Assembly: GCF_001194135.2 (NCBI RefSeq)
Contig: NC_069008.1
Coordinates: 12,682,155-12,746,154 of the forward strand
Length of the DNA stretch: 64,000 bases
Direction: 5' to 3'
From: Octopus bimaculoides
Taxonomy: Eukaryota
Shown here: positions 51,801 through 64,000 of the stretch, piece after piece
Layout of the letters: each line of letters opens with the position of its first letter
How positions within the stretch are numbered: position 1 is the first letter of the stretch
Made by a program: the position numbers and the translations under genes
The notes under the pieces: generated by a model
Database searches by the model: none
Told to the model about the DNA's origin: nothing
Seen by the model: only the letters and a program-made list of their open reading frames with translations

Positions 51801-53179
51801 ACACAGGAATGAGAGCAAACATCAAATAATTCTAAATGACAATAAATAATCGTTTCTGCAACAATTTATTTTCCTGAATTTAAAAATCAAATTTTTTTTT
51901 TAAAGTATTACAAGTTTTATTAAATTGTTTTTGATTTGGTAATTTGTTCTTTTAAATGAAAACTTTTTTTTAAATAAAATCTTTTTAACATAGCTATTTA
52001 CCACTTGTTTTTCTATTACTCTCCTCCTCATTATCATATCTGGATGTGGCAACAGCAGCAAAGCACCGGACAAATGCTTGTATCTGTATGCGTGAAATCA
52101 ATTGAAGAATCATTTGTCTTGTCCATTGAAAATGAAAATTTAAATGTTCGTATATTGTGTTTATGATATCACAATATCGGGAATGTATCACTGGAGATTT
52201 GCTTTCAAAAGCCTTCAGCCTCTTTCAACCTTTTGCGATGATTGGAGGCTAGTGTATGCGTGCCCCATGAGGCATACCAAACATCTTAACCAGAACCTTC
52301 AGGAGAGGAAACCTGGGGATTCCAATTAGAGACAGATACCTCGCTGTCAATAAGCTCACACAGTATGTGTCTTTAAAGAGAACATGACATCAAATTATAA
52401 AGATGATGAACAGAACTGCTTCTTCTACATATAGTCATATGTGTATCATGAGAATATAGATATATATATTGTGAATTTTATTAAATAAATTTTCATGATG
52501 TTTCTGTGATCATGGCCACATGTACCTTTGGGTGCAAGTGTGTATGTGTGTGGGCCTGTGTCTATATGTTTCTGTATGTGGTGTGTATCTGTTCATCTCC
52601 TTCACATATTTTCTCTCTTGTTTCTTCTCTGTCTATCTCATTTTGTCTCTCTCTAGCATTGTGCAGTGCATATTCTAGTTCTTTCTTTCTGTGTGTGCGC
52701 TCACGCATGCAAATCTTGTGCATCTGCATAGAATCCATAAGAATCCAGGAGGGCACATCTTTATTTTAGCTAAACATTTGAGGAATGTAACATTAAATAT
52801 TGTAATGATGAAGCCACAGTTGATAAATTACCTGGGAATCTGCATTCATCACTCTGTACAAATTACTAAAATAGCCAGAATGTGTAGGTGAATGGCTGGT
52901 CAGATTCATTCTGAACAAGAAAAAGGAAATATATGTTGCTTTTTTGGAGAACATTTATTCTCAGTCACCTGGAATACTGTTCCCAGTTAGGGTAACCACA
53001 AAGTGTTTAACTAACAGTGGAGTTTAAAGTAATCCAATGTCACTATTCCAAGGCTTCCTCTGCGCAACACGAGCTACAGGGAGAGGCTAAAAAAGTTGAA
53101 GCCTGGCTGGAGGAGGGGAGACAGAGCAATCCATCATGGTGACACTTTTATAGGGCTGTAGTGAGGCACAAAGAAGCCA

Positions 53180-54730
53180 ACGCCATTTTGAAACAGCAAG
53201 ATCTTGCCTACAACCATTTCCATACACAGGACAAAAACAAGATCTTGCCTGCAACCATTATTTAAGGAAAAGGCAACAACATTTTCCCTCTCACTCTTCT
53301 CACGCTTTTCATTGTGTTCGTATTGATTTGGTGTATTTGCTGATTGTGTGAAGAATCGTTGGCTGTTTTGTGCTGCTTTGCAGTGGTTTTCTGGTTGTGC
53401 TTCCTCTCTGTCTTGAGGAGGGTCAGCAATGCCAACAGTAAGTAATATGTTCCATTCGGGTCCGAGTTGTTCTCTTCGGAGGAGGAGCTCGTTCGAGCTG
53501 TTAATAGGATGGACAAACGCTTAAGGAAGAAAAGCTTTGCGGAAGTGACAGAAGTCACAAAAAAGGAGGTGGACCTGACAAACATAGAAAAATATGAGGA
53601 GTTGGCATGTAGGGTAGGTGGTAACTTTAAGTTGTCATCACCCCAGAAAGTATTGGAAGAGATGGATAAGAAAACTATAGTATACAAAGTGTATTCTGTG
53701 GAAGAAAAGAAGATAGAAAATGTGGAAGCAGAAATAATAGAAAAGGGGTTGCGCTCCGTCTGGCAAGACAACATATCTTGCCCAAGGAAGTAAATATGGA
53801 ACAATTGTGGTCCATTTCAAGACAGAAGGAATAGAAAAAGAACACACTGTAACCACAGTAAAGTTGGATAAAGTGGTCCTTCTACCCACTTATCTTGGAA
53901 GATCTTCCAAGATTAGGGTGGAGGGAATCCCACTGGAAATAGATGTGGCTTGGGTTGCGGTGGCTGTTCTTCTAGGAAGCAAAGAAGAAATAGCCATCCT
54001 CCAAAACAGAAAATTCGGTATGGAAAGGCCAAACACTGGACCTGATCATACAGGGTACTGCAGAAACACTGGAAAATATGGTGGAAAGGGGTGACCATTG
54101 GAGATGTAGTGTTGAGAGTGTAGGTGGAGAGCAGAACCCCTTGTTGCTTTAAATGTGGTTAAAAAGAAGCAGAGAAGTCAGGAGTTAGTTGGAAAGGAGC
54201 CAGAGAAGGTGCAACAGGAAAAAAAGAGAAACGAAGAACAGTTGATGGTAGCTGAAGGAAGAAGAAAGGACAGAGTGAAGTAGAACCCCAAACCATACCC
54301 TCTCAGACCCACCTTCCCCCACAGACACCAAACCCACCCATTCCCCTCCTACACAAAGCAAGAGACAAAAAGAAATACAAACACACAAGGATCAACATAC
54401 TCCCCCCTCCCACTGAAAATTGTTTCGCGTGTATGATGGCTGAAGGTGTGGACAAGGAACTGCTCAATAGGATGACAAAATGGAAGACTGCAAGATTTGT
54501 CCATGTCAAAGGATGGACAAACATTGATGGATGGCACTCGTGTTCTGGTGTACGAAAGCCAAAAAGACGAAATATTGAAATTCATGAGAGGTTATAAGTG
54601 TTGGAAGGTGAATTGTGATTTAAAGACGATACCAGACAATATAAAGTACGAGAAGCTGACTGAGAAATATGGTATCGACATTTTAAAGGACTTGGAATTT
54701 AAAAGATAAAAGGAAGCAAATGATGCTGCT
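53180..54730 (+). mobile_element. Near full-length gag/ORF1-like retroelement copy, frameshifted
   Basis: MFSSEEELVRAV...SPQKVLEEMDKKTIVYK, VVHFKTEG...VVLLPTYLGRSSKIRVEGIP, GDVVLRV*VESRTPCCFKCG, ends KYGIDILKDLEFKR* at 54709; CGCCATTTT at 53181-53189. Confidence 0.7.
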
Positions 54731-55696
54731 TGAGGTGGGGCAAGTAGTATGTTATCATTGTATCATTCTACTCTTTTACTTGTTTCAGTCATTTGACTGC
54801 GGCCATGCTGGAGCACCGCCTTTAGTTGAGAAAATTGACCCCAGGACATTCTTTGTAAGCCTCGTACTTAATCTATCGGTTCTTAACTAGAGCTTGNNNN
54901 NNNNNNNNNNNNNNNNNNNNNNNNNNNNNNNNNNNNNNNNNNNNNNNNNNNNNNNNNNNNNNNNNNNNNNNNNNNNNNNNNNNNNNNNNNNNNNNNNNNN
55001 NNNNNNNNNNNNNNNNNNNNNNNNNNNNNNNNNNNNNNNNNNNNNNNNNNNNNNNNNNNNNNNNNNNNNNNNNNNNNNNNNNNNNNNNNNNNNNNNNNNN
55101 NNNNNNNNNNNNNNNNNNNNNNNNNNNNNNNNNNNNNNNNNNNNNNNNNNNNNNNNNNNNNNNNNNNNNNNNNNNNNNNNNNNNNNNNNNNNNNNNNNNN
55201 NNNNNNNNNNNNNNNNNNNNNNNNNNNNNNNNNNNNNNNNNNNNNNNNNNNNNNNNNNNNNNNNNNNNNNNNNNNNNNNNNNNNNNNNNNNNNNNNNNNN
55301 NNNNNNNNNNNNNNNNNNNNNNNNNNNNNNNNNNNNNNNNNNNNNNNNNNNNNNNNNNNNNNNNNNNNNNNNNNNNNNNNNNNNNNNNNNNNNNNNNNNN
55401 NNNNNNNNNNNNNNNNNNNNNNNNNNNNNNNNNNNNNNNNNNNNNNNNNNNNNNNNNNNNNNNNNNNNNNNNNNNNNNNNNNNNNNNNNNNNNNNNNNNN
55501 NNNNNNNNNNNNNNNNNNNNNNNNNNNNNNNNNNNNNNNNNNNNNNNNNNNNNNNNNNNNNNNNNNNNNNNNNNNNNNNNNNNNNNNNNNNNNNNNNNNN
55601 NNNNNNNNNNNNNNNNNNNNNNNNNNNNNNNNNNNNNNNNNNNNNNNNNNNNNNNNNNNNNNNNNNNNNNNNNNNNNNNNNNNNNNNNNNNNNNNA

Positions 55697-56104
55697 GGAG
55701 CACTTGCACTATGAGTACGGGCTGGAAAGATACATTTCGGCCTGCGAAAGCAGTTTCAGGTGGCCGCAGCGGTAATAACCAGTAGCACCCGTGCAGGGGT
55801 GGCGGCCGCCTGTAGTAGCCTCGCGTATATGTGCTTCGATACTGAGGCCGAGTTAAATATGGAAAATTGCCTGTGGGCGGCGGAAAGCCTGCTTACAAGG
55901 CATATGAACTAAATTGTTTTGATTATTGTGATTTATAAATGTTTATTTATTTTGAACAAAGGTATTTGAGGGGTTGCTGATCTGTGGGCGTTGGCACCCC
56001 TCTCATTTTTCATTTGTATCATCCTTTCGTTCTACATTTGTCTTTGTCCAGCCCTAGCTACCGCTGTTCTATGTAAAGCCTATATGGCTAATTTATGAAA
56101 TAAA
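55697..56104 (+). mobile_element. Probable 3' end of a LINE-like element
   Basis: GC-rich block after the gap followed by a U-rich 3'-UTR-like tract ending AAATAAAG; family not identified. Confidence 0.35.
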
Positions 56105-56465
56105 GTAGCTTGCTTACCAACCACATGGTTCCGGGTTCAGTCCCACTGCGTGGCACTTTGAGCAAGTGTCTTCTACTATAACCTCGGGCCGACCAAAGCC
56201 TTGTGAGTGGATTTGGTAAATGGAAACTGAAAGAAGCCCTTCGTATTTATGTATATATGTATATGTTTGTGCGTCTGTGTTTGTTCCCCCACCATCGCTT
56301 GACAACCGATGGTGGTGTGTTTACGTCCCCGTAACTTAGCGGTTCAGCAAAAAGAAGCCGATAGAATAAGTACTAGGCTTACAAAGAATAAGTCCTGGGG
56401 TCGATTTTCTCGACTAAAGGCGGTGCTCCAGCATGGCCGCAGTCAAATGACTGAAACAAGAGAAA
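56105..56465 (+). mobile_element. tRNA-derived SINE, near full length
   Basis: GGTTCCGGGTTCAGTCCCACTGCGTGGCAC...GAGTGGATTTGGTA...GGCGGTGCTCCAGCATGGCCGCAGTCAAATGACTGAAACAAG. Confidence 0.85.
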
Positions 56466-56489
56466 GAGAAAGATGTTTTTTTCTCCTGA

Positions 56490-56850
56490 ACAAAAATTAA
56501 GTAAATTTTGACGTTTGTGTTTCCGAGTCGGTTTTTATAATTTCTGTTACGAAAGCTTGAATGGCGCCTGGACACTCATTTTTTGTGGTGGAAGATATTT
56601 CGCTGTAAATACAGATTTACGCAGCATAGCCGGTAAGATATAATACAGATATTTTAGTAAAACTAATTTGACATGAGGGTGGAGGTAAAGAATACGGACA
56701 CCACTCGTTTTCAGCGAAACAAAACCCTAAACACCCGGCGTACGTATTTTCTCGGAATTTGATGAGTTCACGAAAAATAAGGTTTGCGTTCTTGAAAACG
56801 TTTGAACGAACAAAATTTAGATTTGTGAATCAACGGGAATTTATACGACT
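56490..56850 (+). promoter_or_regulatory. Conserved ZNF 5' cassette copy 5 (donor GT at 56633), upstream of ZNF-E
   Basis: CGTTTGTGTTTCCGAGTCGGTTTTTATAATTTCTG ... GCAGCATAGCCG|GTAAGATATAATACAGATATTTTAGTAAA. Confidence 0.6.
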
Positions 56851-58259
56851 ATGAAAAAAAGTTTTTTTTTTAATGTTTATAATTAAAATTAAGAAAAAAA
56901 ATTTTTGTCAAATGTGTGATTGTCTGCCTCTTTCGGTTTATGTGCCTGTATATGCAGGGTGAGGTGAATAAATTGTCTAAATTATGCAAAAATGAAAGTA
57001 ACTGATATCTCATTTTAACATGTACCAAAATTACATGAAAATATTTTGAAATACTAAAGAGTAATTTTATTCAATAAAATTGCTATTGGCTTCAACCACA
57101 TCATCCAGATGACATCGGAATCTCCTGCAACTCTTCTGGATGGTCTACTTGTTTAAGTTGGCGAATGCTGCCATAATCCTTGCCTTCTGTTCATCTTTAG
57201 TGTTACAAAGAGTTTAGTTCGTCTGTCGCTCTACTGCGCCCCACACATAATCAAGAGGGTTGCAGTATATGTATGTACATATAATTGTAGTGATGGTCGA
57301 TGCTGCTGTGGCATGTAAAAAGCACCCATTATACTCTTGGAGTGGTTGGCATTAGGAAGGGCATCAAGCTGTAGAAACCATGCCAAATCAGACTGGAATC
57401 TGGTGCAGCTCTCTGGCTTACCAGTTCCAGTCAAACCATCTAACCCATGGCATCATGGAAAGCGGATGCTAAATGACAATGATGTTGATGATGTGTGTAC
57501 ATATGTATGTATGTATGTAACTAACTGCTAAGTTACAGGAACTTAAGCCATCATTGGTTTGCAAACAAAGACACACACACACACACACACACACANNNNN
57601 NNNNNNNNNNNNNNNCACATCATGCCTCCACACAGTTTCCACCTTCCCAAATCCTCTCACAAGGCTTTGGTCGACCCAGTGTTATAGTAGAGGACAATTC
57701 CTGGCCTTCATGCCTGTGGCACGTAAAAGCACCCACTACACTCTCGGAGTGGTTGGCGTTAGGAAGGGCATCCAGCTGTAGAAACTCTGCCAGATCAGAT
57801 TGGAGTCTGGTGTAGCCATCTGTCTCACCAGTCCTCAGTCAAATCGTCCAACCCATGCTAGCATGGAAAGCGGACATTAAACGACGATACGATATATATA
57901 TAATTCCTCAATGTGCCTGACAGTGAGATAGAATCCAGAACCACATAATTTGGAAGCAAGTTTCTTATTTCTTTATTGCCCACAAGGGGCTAAACATAGA
58001 GGGGACAAACAAGGACGGACAAAGGGATTAAGTCGATTACATCGAACCCAGTGCGTAACTGGTACTTAATTTATCGACCCCGAAAGGATGAAAGGTTAAG
58101 TCAACCTTGGCGGAATTTGAACTCAGAACATAACGGCAGATGAAATACCGCTAAGCATTTCGCCCGGTGTGCTAATGTTTCTAACGTTTGGAAGCAAGTT
58201 TCTAAGTCACACACCCATGCCTTTACACATATATTTCTTTATCTACATTGTTAAAATAT

Positions 58260-58891
58260 ACGTCTTGAAACTGTTCACTTGTTTAGGTAAATGTTTATTT
58301 CTATAAGAAATATACTAAAATTTATACTGTTATATCTTAAGTATCCCCTATATCTTATACTGTTGTTTCTCTACTATTTCAGAATAACAAATGACATTGG
58401 CATCAAAGAATTATATAGATCATCAATATTTATTTTCATTCAAAGACTCAAGAAAAATGTTACACAGAACAGACATAACTCTCATTATATAAATCTTCAG
58501 CAAATTAGATGCAAATATTTTCTCTGAACTCATATTGATGACAGTAGTTCTTTTTTTTTTTTTTTTTGACTGTGTAGAATATAAACAAGATGTTTTGCAC
58601 CTTTGTAGATTTAGACAAAAATCACATTCAGAGAAATATCTATTAGGAATGGAAGGTAAAACTATACAGAAAATAAGCATCTCTGTGTTGGGGTGGGAAA
58701 AGAAAAATAATCCTTTCTACAATAGATACAAGGTCTGAAATTTACTGGGAGGGGATTAGTTGATATATCAATCCCAATGGTTCACTGGTACTTAATGGAA
58801 GGCAAAGTTGACCTCAGCAGAATTTGAACTAAGCATTTTACCCAGCGTGCTAACGATTCTGCCAGCTTGCCAACTTGGGAAAAGAAAAATA
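58260..58891 (+). promoter_or_regulatory. Splice acceptor (AG at 58381-58382) and 5' UTR of ZNF-E, with uORF 58391-58492
   Basis: CTGTTGTTTCTCTACTATTTCAG|AATAACAAATGACATTGGCATC; uORF MTLASKNYIDHQYLFSFKDSRKMLHRTDITLII*. Confidence 0.7.
58712..58875 (-). mobile_element. SINE inserted at the ZNF-E start codon, 18-bp TSD
   Basis: TGGGAAAAGAAAAATAAT at 58694-58711 and 58876-58893; insert matches the GCTGGCAGAA..GTTAGCACGC family. Confidence 0.85.
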
Positions 58892-60112
58892 ATGGAAAAT
58901 GAATTACGCGAGGAAGAGGTTAAATTCAAACCACAGTTTAAAAGTACCAATTTTCCTAGTCATTTAAACAAAAAGAAAGGAAAACCATTGCACCGATGTA
59001 ATATTTGTGGTAAATTGTTCTCTAAATCTTATCTCTTAACTAATCACAAATGTATTCATACAGGAGAGCAGCCATATCGCTGTGGTATCTGTGGTAAATC
59101 ATACTCTGGATCTAGCATGTTAGCAATACACAAACGTATTCACACAGGAGAGAAACCATATCATTGTGATATCTGTGGTAAAGCATTCTCTCAAAGTGGT
59201 CAAGTAACAACACACAAACGTAGTCATACAGGTGAGAAACCATATTGTTGTGATATTTGTGGTAAGTCATTCTCTCGAAGTGGTGCTTTAACTGGACACA
59301 AACGAAGTCATACAGGAGAGAAACCTTATCATTGTGATATCTGCAGTATGTCATTCTCTGAAAGAGGTACCTTAACAAAACACAAACATATCCATACAGG
59401 AAAGAAACCCTATCAGTGTAATATCTGTGGTAAATCTTTCTCTTCAAAGGGTAACTTAACTGAACACAAAAGAAGTCACACAGGAGAGAAATTACATCAC
59501 TGTGATATCTGTGGTAAATTATTCTCTTCAAAGAGTAGCTTAACTGAACACAACCGTAGTCACACAGGCGAGAAACCACATCACTGTGATATCTGTGGTA
59601 AATTATTCTCTCGTAGCAACTGCCTAGCTAAGCACAAACGAAGTCATACTGGAGAGAAACCACATCACTGTGATATCTGTGGTAAATCATTCTCTAGAAG
59701 TGATTACTTATCAGTGCACAGACGTATTCATATAGATGGGAAACTATATCAGTGTGATATCTGTGGTAAATCATTTCCTCGAAATAATCAATTAACTGTG
59801 CACAAACAAATTCATACAGGTGAGATGCCATATCGCTGCAATATCTGTGGTAAATCATTCTCTAGAAGTGATTACTTAACAGTGCACAAACGTATTCATA
59901 CTGGTGAGAAACCATGTCGTTGTGATATCTGTGGTAAATCATTCTCTCGAAATGATCAATTAACTGTGCACAAACGAGTTCATACAGGTGAGAAGCCATA
60001 TCGTTGTGATGTCTGTGGTAAATCATTCTCTGTAAGAAGTCACTTACCGAGACACAAGCGTATTCATACAGTGTCATCATCATCATCATTTAACGTCCGC
60101 TTTCCATGCTAG
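58892..60112 (+). CDS. C2H2 zinc-finger protein E (about 406 aa; 13 fingers; repeat-derived C-terminus)
   Basis: ATG at 58892 ([18 protein letters not shown]...); TGEKP-linked fingers; ends [19 protein letters not shown]. Confidence 0.88.
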   Translation: MENELREEEVKFKPQFKSTNFPSHLNKKKGKPLHRCNICGKLFSKSYLLTNHKCIHTGEQPYRCGICGKSYSGSSMLAIHKRIHTGEKPYHCDICGKAFSQSGQVTTHKRSHTGEKPYCCDICGKSFSRSGALTGHKRSHTGEKPYHCDICSMSFSERGTLTKHKHIHTGKKPYQCNICGKSFSSKGNLTEHKRSHTGEKLHHCDICGKLFSSKSSLTEHNRSHTGEKPHHCDICGKLFSRSNCLAKHKRSHTGEKPHHCDICGKSFSRSDYLSVHRRIHIDGKLYQCDICGKSFPRNNQLTVHKQIHTGEMPYRCNICGKSFSRSDYLTVHKRIHTGEKPCRCDICGKSFSRNDQLTVHKRVHTGEKPYRCDVCGKSFSVRSHLPRHKRIHTVSSSSSFNVRFPC

Positions 60113-60350
60113 CATGGGTTGGACGATTTGACTGAGGACTGGTGAAACCGGATGGCAACACCAGGCTCCAATCTAATTTGGCAGAGTTTCTACAGCTGGA
60201 TGCCCTTCCTAACGCCAACCACTCAGAGAGTGTAGTGGGTGCTTTTACGTGTCACCCGCACGAAGGCCAGTCAGGCGGTACTGGCAACGGCCACGCTCGA
60301 AATGGTGTCTTTTATGTGCCACCCGCACAAAAGCTAGTCCAGGGGCACTT
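60072..60350 (-). mobile_element. (GAT)n-tailed repeat inserted antisense into the end of ZNF-E
   Basis: TCATCATCATCATCATTTAACGTCCGCTTTCCATGCTAGCATGGGTTGGACG; nearly identical to 63819-64000. Confidence 0.9.
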
Positions 60351-60354
60351 GCAA

Positions 60355-60396
<42 letters not shown>

Positions 60397-60850
60397 TAAT
60401 NNNNNNNNNNNNNNNNNNNNNNNNNNNNNNNNNNNNNNNNNNNNNNNNNNNNNNNNNNNNNNNNNNNNNNNNNNNNNNNNNNNNNNNNNNNNNNNNNNNN
60501 NNNNNNNNNNNNNNNNNNNNNNNNNNNNNNNNNNNNNNNNNNNNNNNNNNNNNNNNNNNNNNNNNNNNNNNNNNNNNNNNNNNNNNNNNNNNNNNNNNNN
60601 NNNNNNNNNNNNNNNNNNNNNNNNNNNNNNNNNNNNNNNNNNNNNNNNNNNNNNNNNNNNNNNNNNNNNNNNNNNNNNNNNNNNNNNNNNNNNNNNNNNN
60701 NNNNNNNNNNNNNNNNNNNNNNNNNNNNNNNNNNNNNNNNNNNNNNNNNNNNNNNNNNNNNNNNNNNNNNNNNNNNNNNNNNNNNNNNNNNNNNNNNNNN
60801 NNNNNNNNNNNNNNNNNNNNNNNNNNNNNNNGACAGACACAGAAATACAA

Positions 60851-60884
<34 letters not shown>

Positions 60885-62029
60885 GACGGGCTTCTTTCAG
60901 TTTCCATCTACCAAATCCACTCACAAGGCTTTGGTTGGCCCGAGGCTATAGTAGAAGACACTTGCCCAATGTGCTACGCAGTGGGACTGAACCCAGAACC
61001 ATGTGGTGGGTAAGCAAGCTACTTGCCACACAGCCACTCCTGCGCCTATGTATAAATATATAATATATATAATATTAATGATGATATATATTATATATAA
61101 TATATATAATATATATCAACATCATCATCATCGTTCCAGTGTATCATGAAAAGTGAGGCACAAAAACCACATGGTTGCAAAGCAAGCTTGTTAACTACAT
61201 AGCCATGCCTGTGTTTGTAATTTCTTTTACATCAAATGTTGCAGTTCTCCCTGGGTTTTCAAAAATATAACAGATCAGTGTTTCAGTTTAGAAGTATTAT
61301 CCCGTACTTAACAGTCACGATGAGGAAATGTCATTTCCAGTCTTCTTCATCATCATCTTCGTTTAACATTTGCTTTCCATGCTGACACGTGTTGGAGATT
61401 TTGACCAGAGTTGGCAAGCTGCATCAGGTTCCAGTCTGCTTTGGCTTGGTTTTTATGGCTGGATGCTCTTCCAAATGCCAATCACTTTACAGTGTGTGTT
61501 GGGGGCTTTTAATATGTCACCTGCCCGAGCACTTTTACATGGCACCAACATGAGCACTTTTATGTGGCATTTGCACGAGTGCTTTTTATGTGGTACAGAC
61601 ACAGGATTCTTGCAGGCCAATTCTCTTCATCAGGAGATGCGGCCTTAACACTTCTGTGAAGGATGGGTCTTGGGTTACAGTAAGGTCTCAGTCATTTGTC
61701 ATTGTGTTTGAAAGGTTCAACATTCTGTGGTCATCCTCCAGTACTTCATCCCATGTCTGGTCATCCTTCAGTACTTCATCATATATGTTATCCACCATTG
61801 GACACTAAACTCTGCTTGCAAAGACTTGTTGAGGCAAGTGAAATCAAATCAAATTCGACAACTGTGACAACCTTTCCTTCATTGGACATTAAACTCTGCT
61901 TGCAAAGACCTGTTTAGGCAAGTGAAATCGAAATTGAACCAAATTCGATGACTGGTGCCAGTGGATCTCTAACAGCACCATTGGAGCATGATCATTGCCA
62001 GAGCAGCTGTCTGGCTTCCATGCCGGTGG

Positions 62030-62400
62030 CACATGAAAATCACCATTTGAGCATGGTCATTACTAGTGATGCCTTATTTTTCACTTGTGCTGGTGGCACG
62101 TGAAAAAACATTCGAGCGAGGTCGTTGCCAGTGCCACTGCACTGGCTCCTGTGCAGGTGGCATGTATAAAACACCATTTGAGTGTGGCCATTGCCAGTAC
62201 CGCCTGACTGACCCTCGTGCCGGCGGCGTGTAAATCCACCCACTACACTTTCAGAGTGGTTGGCGTTTGGAAGGGCATCCGGCTGTAGAAACTCTGTCAG
62301 ATCAGATTGGAGCCTGGTGCAGCCATCTGGTTCGCCAGTCCTCAGTCAAATCGTCCAACCCATGCCAGCATGGAAAGCAGACGTTAAACAATGATGATGA
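62030..62400 (+). mobile_element. (GAT)n-tailed SINE/RTE-derived repeat
   Basis: Same body, ending GACGTTAAACAATGATGATGA. Confidence 0.85.
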
Positions 62401-62404
62401 TATA

Positions 62405-62439
<35 letters not shown>

Positions 62440-63652
62440 TTGAGTATGGCAACTTGGGCAAGTGTATTCTGGATTTGATAGAAGGAAACTGAAAGAAGCG
62501 CATCTTATGCATATATATATATATATATATATATATGCATGAGTGTCCCACCATTTTTGCTTGACAACTGATGTTGGTGTGTTTCTCTCTGTAACTTAAC
62601 GGTTCACCAAAACAGAGCAATAGAATAAGTACCTGGCTTACAAAAAATAAGTCTGGGGTTGATTTCTTAGACTAAAAACCCTTAAAGGTAGTGCTCCAGC
62701 ATGGCTACGGTCTAATGACTGAAACAAGTAAAAGAAGAGAAGAATAATAGTAAAAAGAAATTAGTTTTATATATTGACAAAAAAGGGACCTGAGATGGAG
62801 AAAGATGCCAGTAAATCCGCTGTAGATAAATGAAATGATGCCAGTAAATCTGAGTTGAGCAACTTGAGGTAGAAGTGGTCTGATCTCATTCATGTTCTTG
62901 AGATACCTTTTGAGCACAGCACAAATCTCTTTCTAGATGAAACCCAAGATGTGCTCAACAACAGAATGACAAACCAAGCATCAGGTGGCCAACTTGGTGG
63001 TGATGAACCTTGGTTGTCTTCCTTACCACATCCAGACACGATGATCAGAAGGAGAAGCATAGAAAAACAAACATTGATTAGCCATGTTAAAAAAGTTTTT
63101 TCACAAATAACAAATTACCAAAACAAAAAAAAAACAGTTTCATAAATTTACTCTTTTACTTTTTTATTTGTTTCAGTCATTTGTAATGTTTTTTTTTTCA
63201 AAATAATCTTTTGCAATTTTTCTTTGTTCAAATGTAAATAGTCATTTTTAAAATCAATGAACTGTTGTGAATCTTGGTGTCTTGCCTGTCATATTCAGTG
63301 GTGATGGTCAGGAGGAGAAAGATAGAAAAACCAAGCAGTAAATAGCTATGTTAAATGATCTTTCATAAATTGTAAATCAAAAACAAGTTAATAAAATTTG
63401 TAATTTTTAAACAAAATTCAAAGTTTGTTGTTTTCCCATTGGTAATCAGATGCAAATGATGTGTGTGTGTATATATCAGGTTATTAAGAATGAAATAAGG
63501 TAGACAAAGCCAAAATTTTAAATTTGTGTGGGAAAGGGGTGAAATTTGAAAAGCTGTTTTTCTTTTCGCATATTCGTCTTCTCCGGCATCTAAAACGTAA
63601 AAATCTGAAAAATACACTTTTCAAGGAGGTGCGATATTTAAAAAAATGTCCA

Positions 63653-63818
63653 GGCGCAGGAGTGGCTGTGTGGTAAGTAGCTTGCTTTATCAATCACATG
63701 GTTCCGGGTTCAGTCCCACTGCATGGCACCTTGGGCAAGTGTCTTCTACTATAGCCTTGGGCCGACCAAAGCCTTGTGTGTGGATTTGGTAGACGGAAAC
63801 TGAAAGAAACCCGTCGTA
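63653..63818 (+). mobile_element. tRNA-derived SINE 5' half
   Basis: GGCGCAGGAGTGGCTGTGTGGTAAG...GGTTCCGGGTTCAGTCCCACTG...CTTGGGCAAGTGTCTTC...ACGGAAACTGAAAGAA. Confidence 0.85.
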
Positions 63819-64000
63819 TCATCATCATCATCATCATCATCATCATCGTTTAACGTCCGCTTTCCATGCTAGCATGGGTTGGACGATTTGACTGAGGACT
63901 GGTGAAACCGGATGGCAACACCAGGCTCCAGTCTGATTTGGCAGAGTTTCTACAGCTGGATGCCCTTCCTAACGCCAACCACTCAGAGAGTGTAGTGGGT
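63819..64000 (-). mobile_element. (GAT)n-tailed repeat nested in the preceding SINE
   Basis: (TCA)n then GTTTAACGTCCGCTTTCCATGCTAGC, starting where the host SINE normally has its (TA)n tract. Confidence 0.85.

Overview
AT-rich, gapped eukaryotic genomic DNA. The C2H2 finger consensus ([28 protein letters not shown]) and the recurring SINE-like repeats are most consistent with an octopus (coleoid cephalopod) C2H2 zinc-finger gene cluster; the species call is inference. The window holds four long C2H2 ORFs on + (8346-9722, 17603-18751, 25551-26561, 58892-60112), a broken + fragment (13554-14150) and an inverted pseudogene (about 41900-43330, -). Most loci appear to share a two-exon cassette: a non-coding exon 1 ending CAG|GTAAGA, and an acceptor followed by a short conserved upstream ORF (MTLASKN...) and an about 40-aa non-finger leader. 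Between the genes lies dense transposon debris (RTE-like LINEs, several SINEs, mariner/Tc1, hAT-Buster, Helitron, Gypsy, Penelope-like, MITEs). The most unusual signals are minimal hammerhead-ribozyme motifs (an inverted pair at 27.3-27.5 kb and one in the tail of a tRNA-headed SINE at 28.5 kb), the conserved uORF, SINE insertions at the start codon and C-terminus of the last ZNF gene, a foldback element with telomeric repeats, and an apparently ORF1-only retroelement family. All alignments were made by eye; many boundaries are approximate and nothing was searched against databases.
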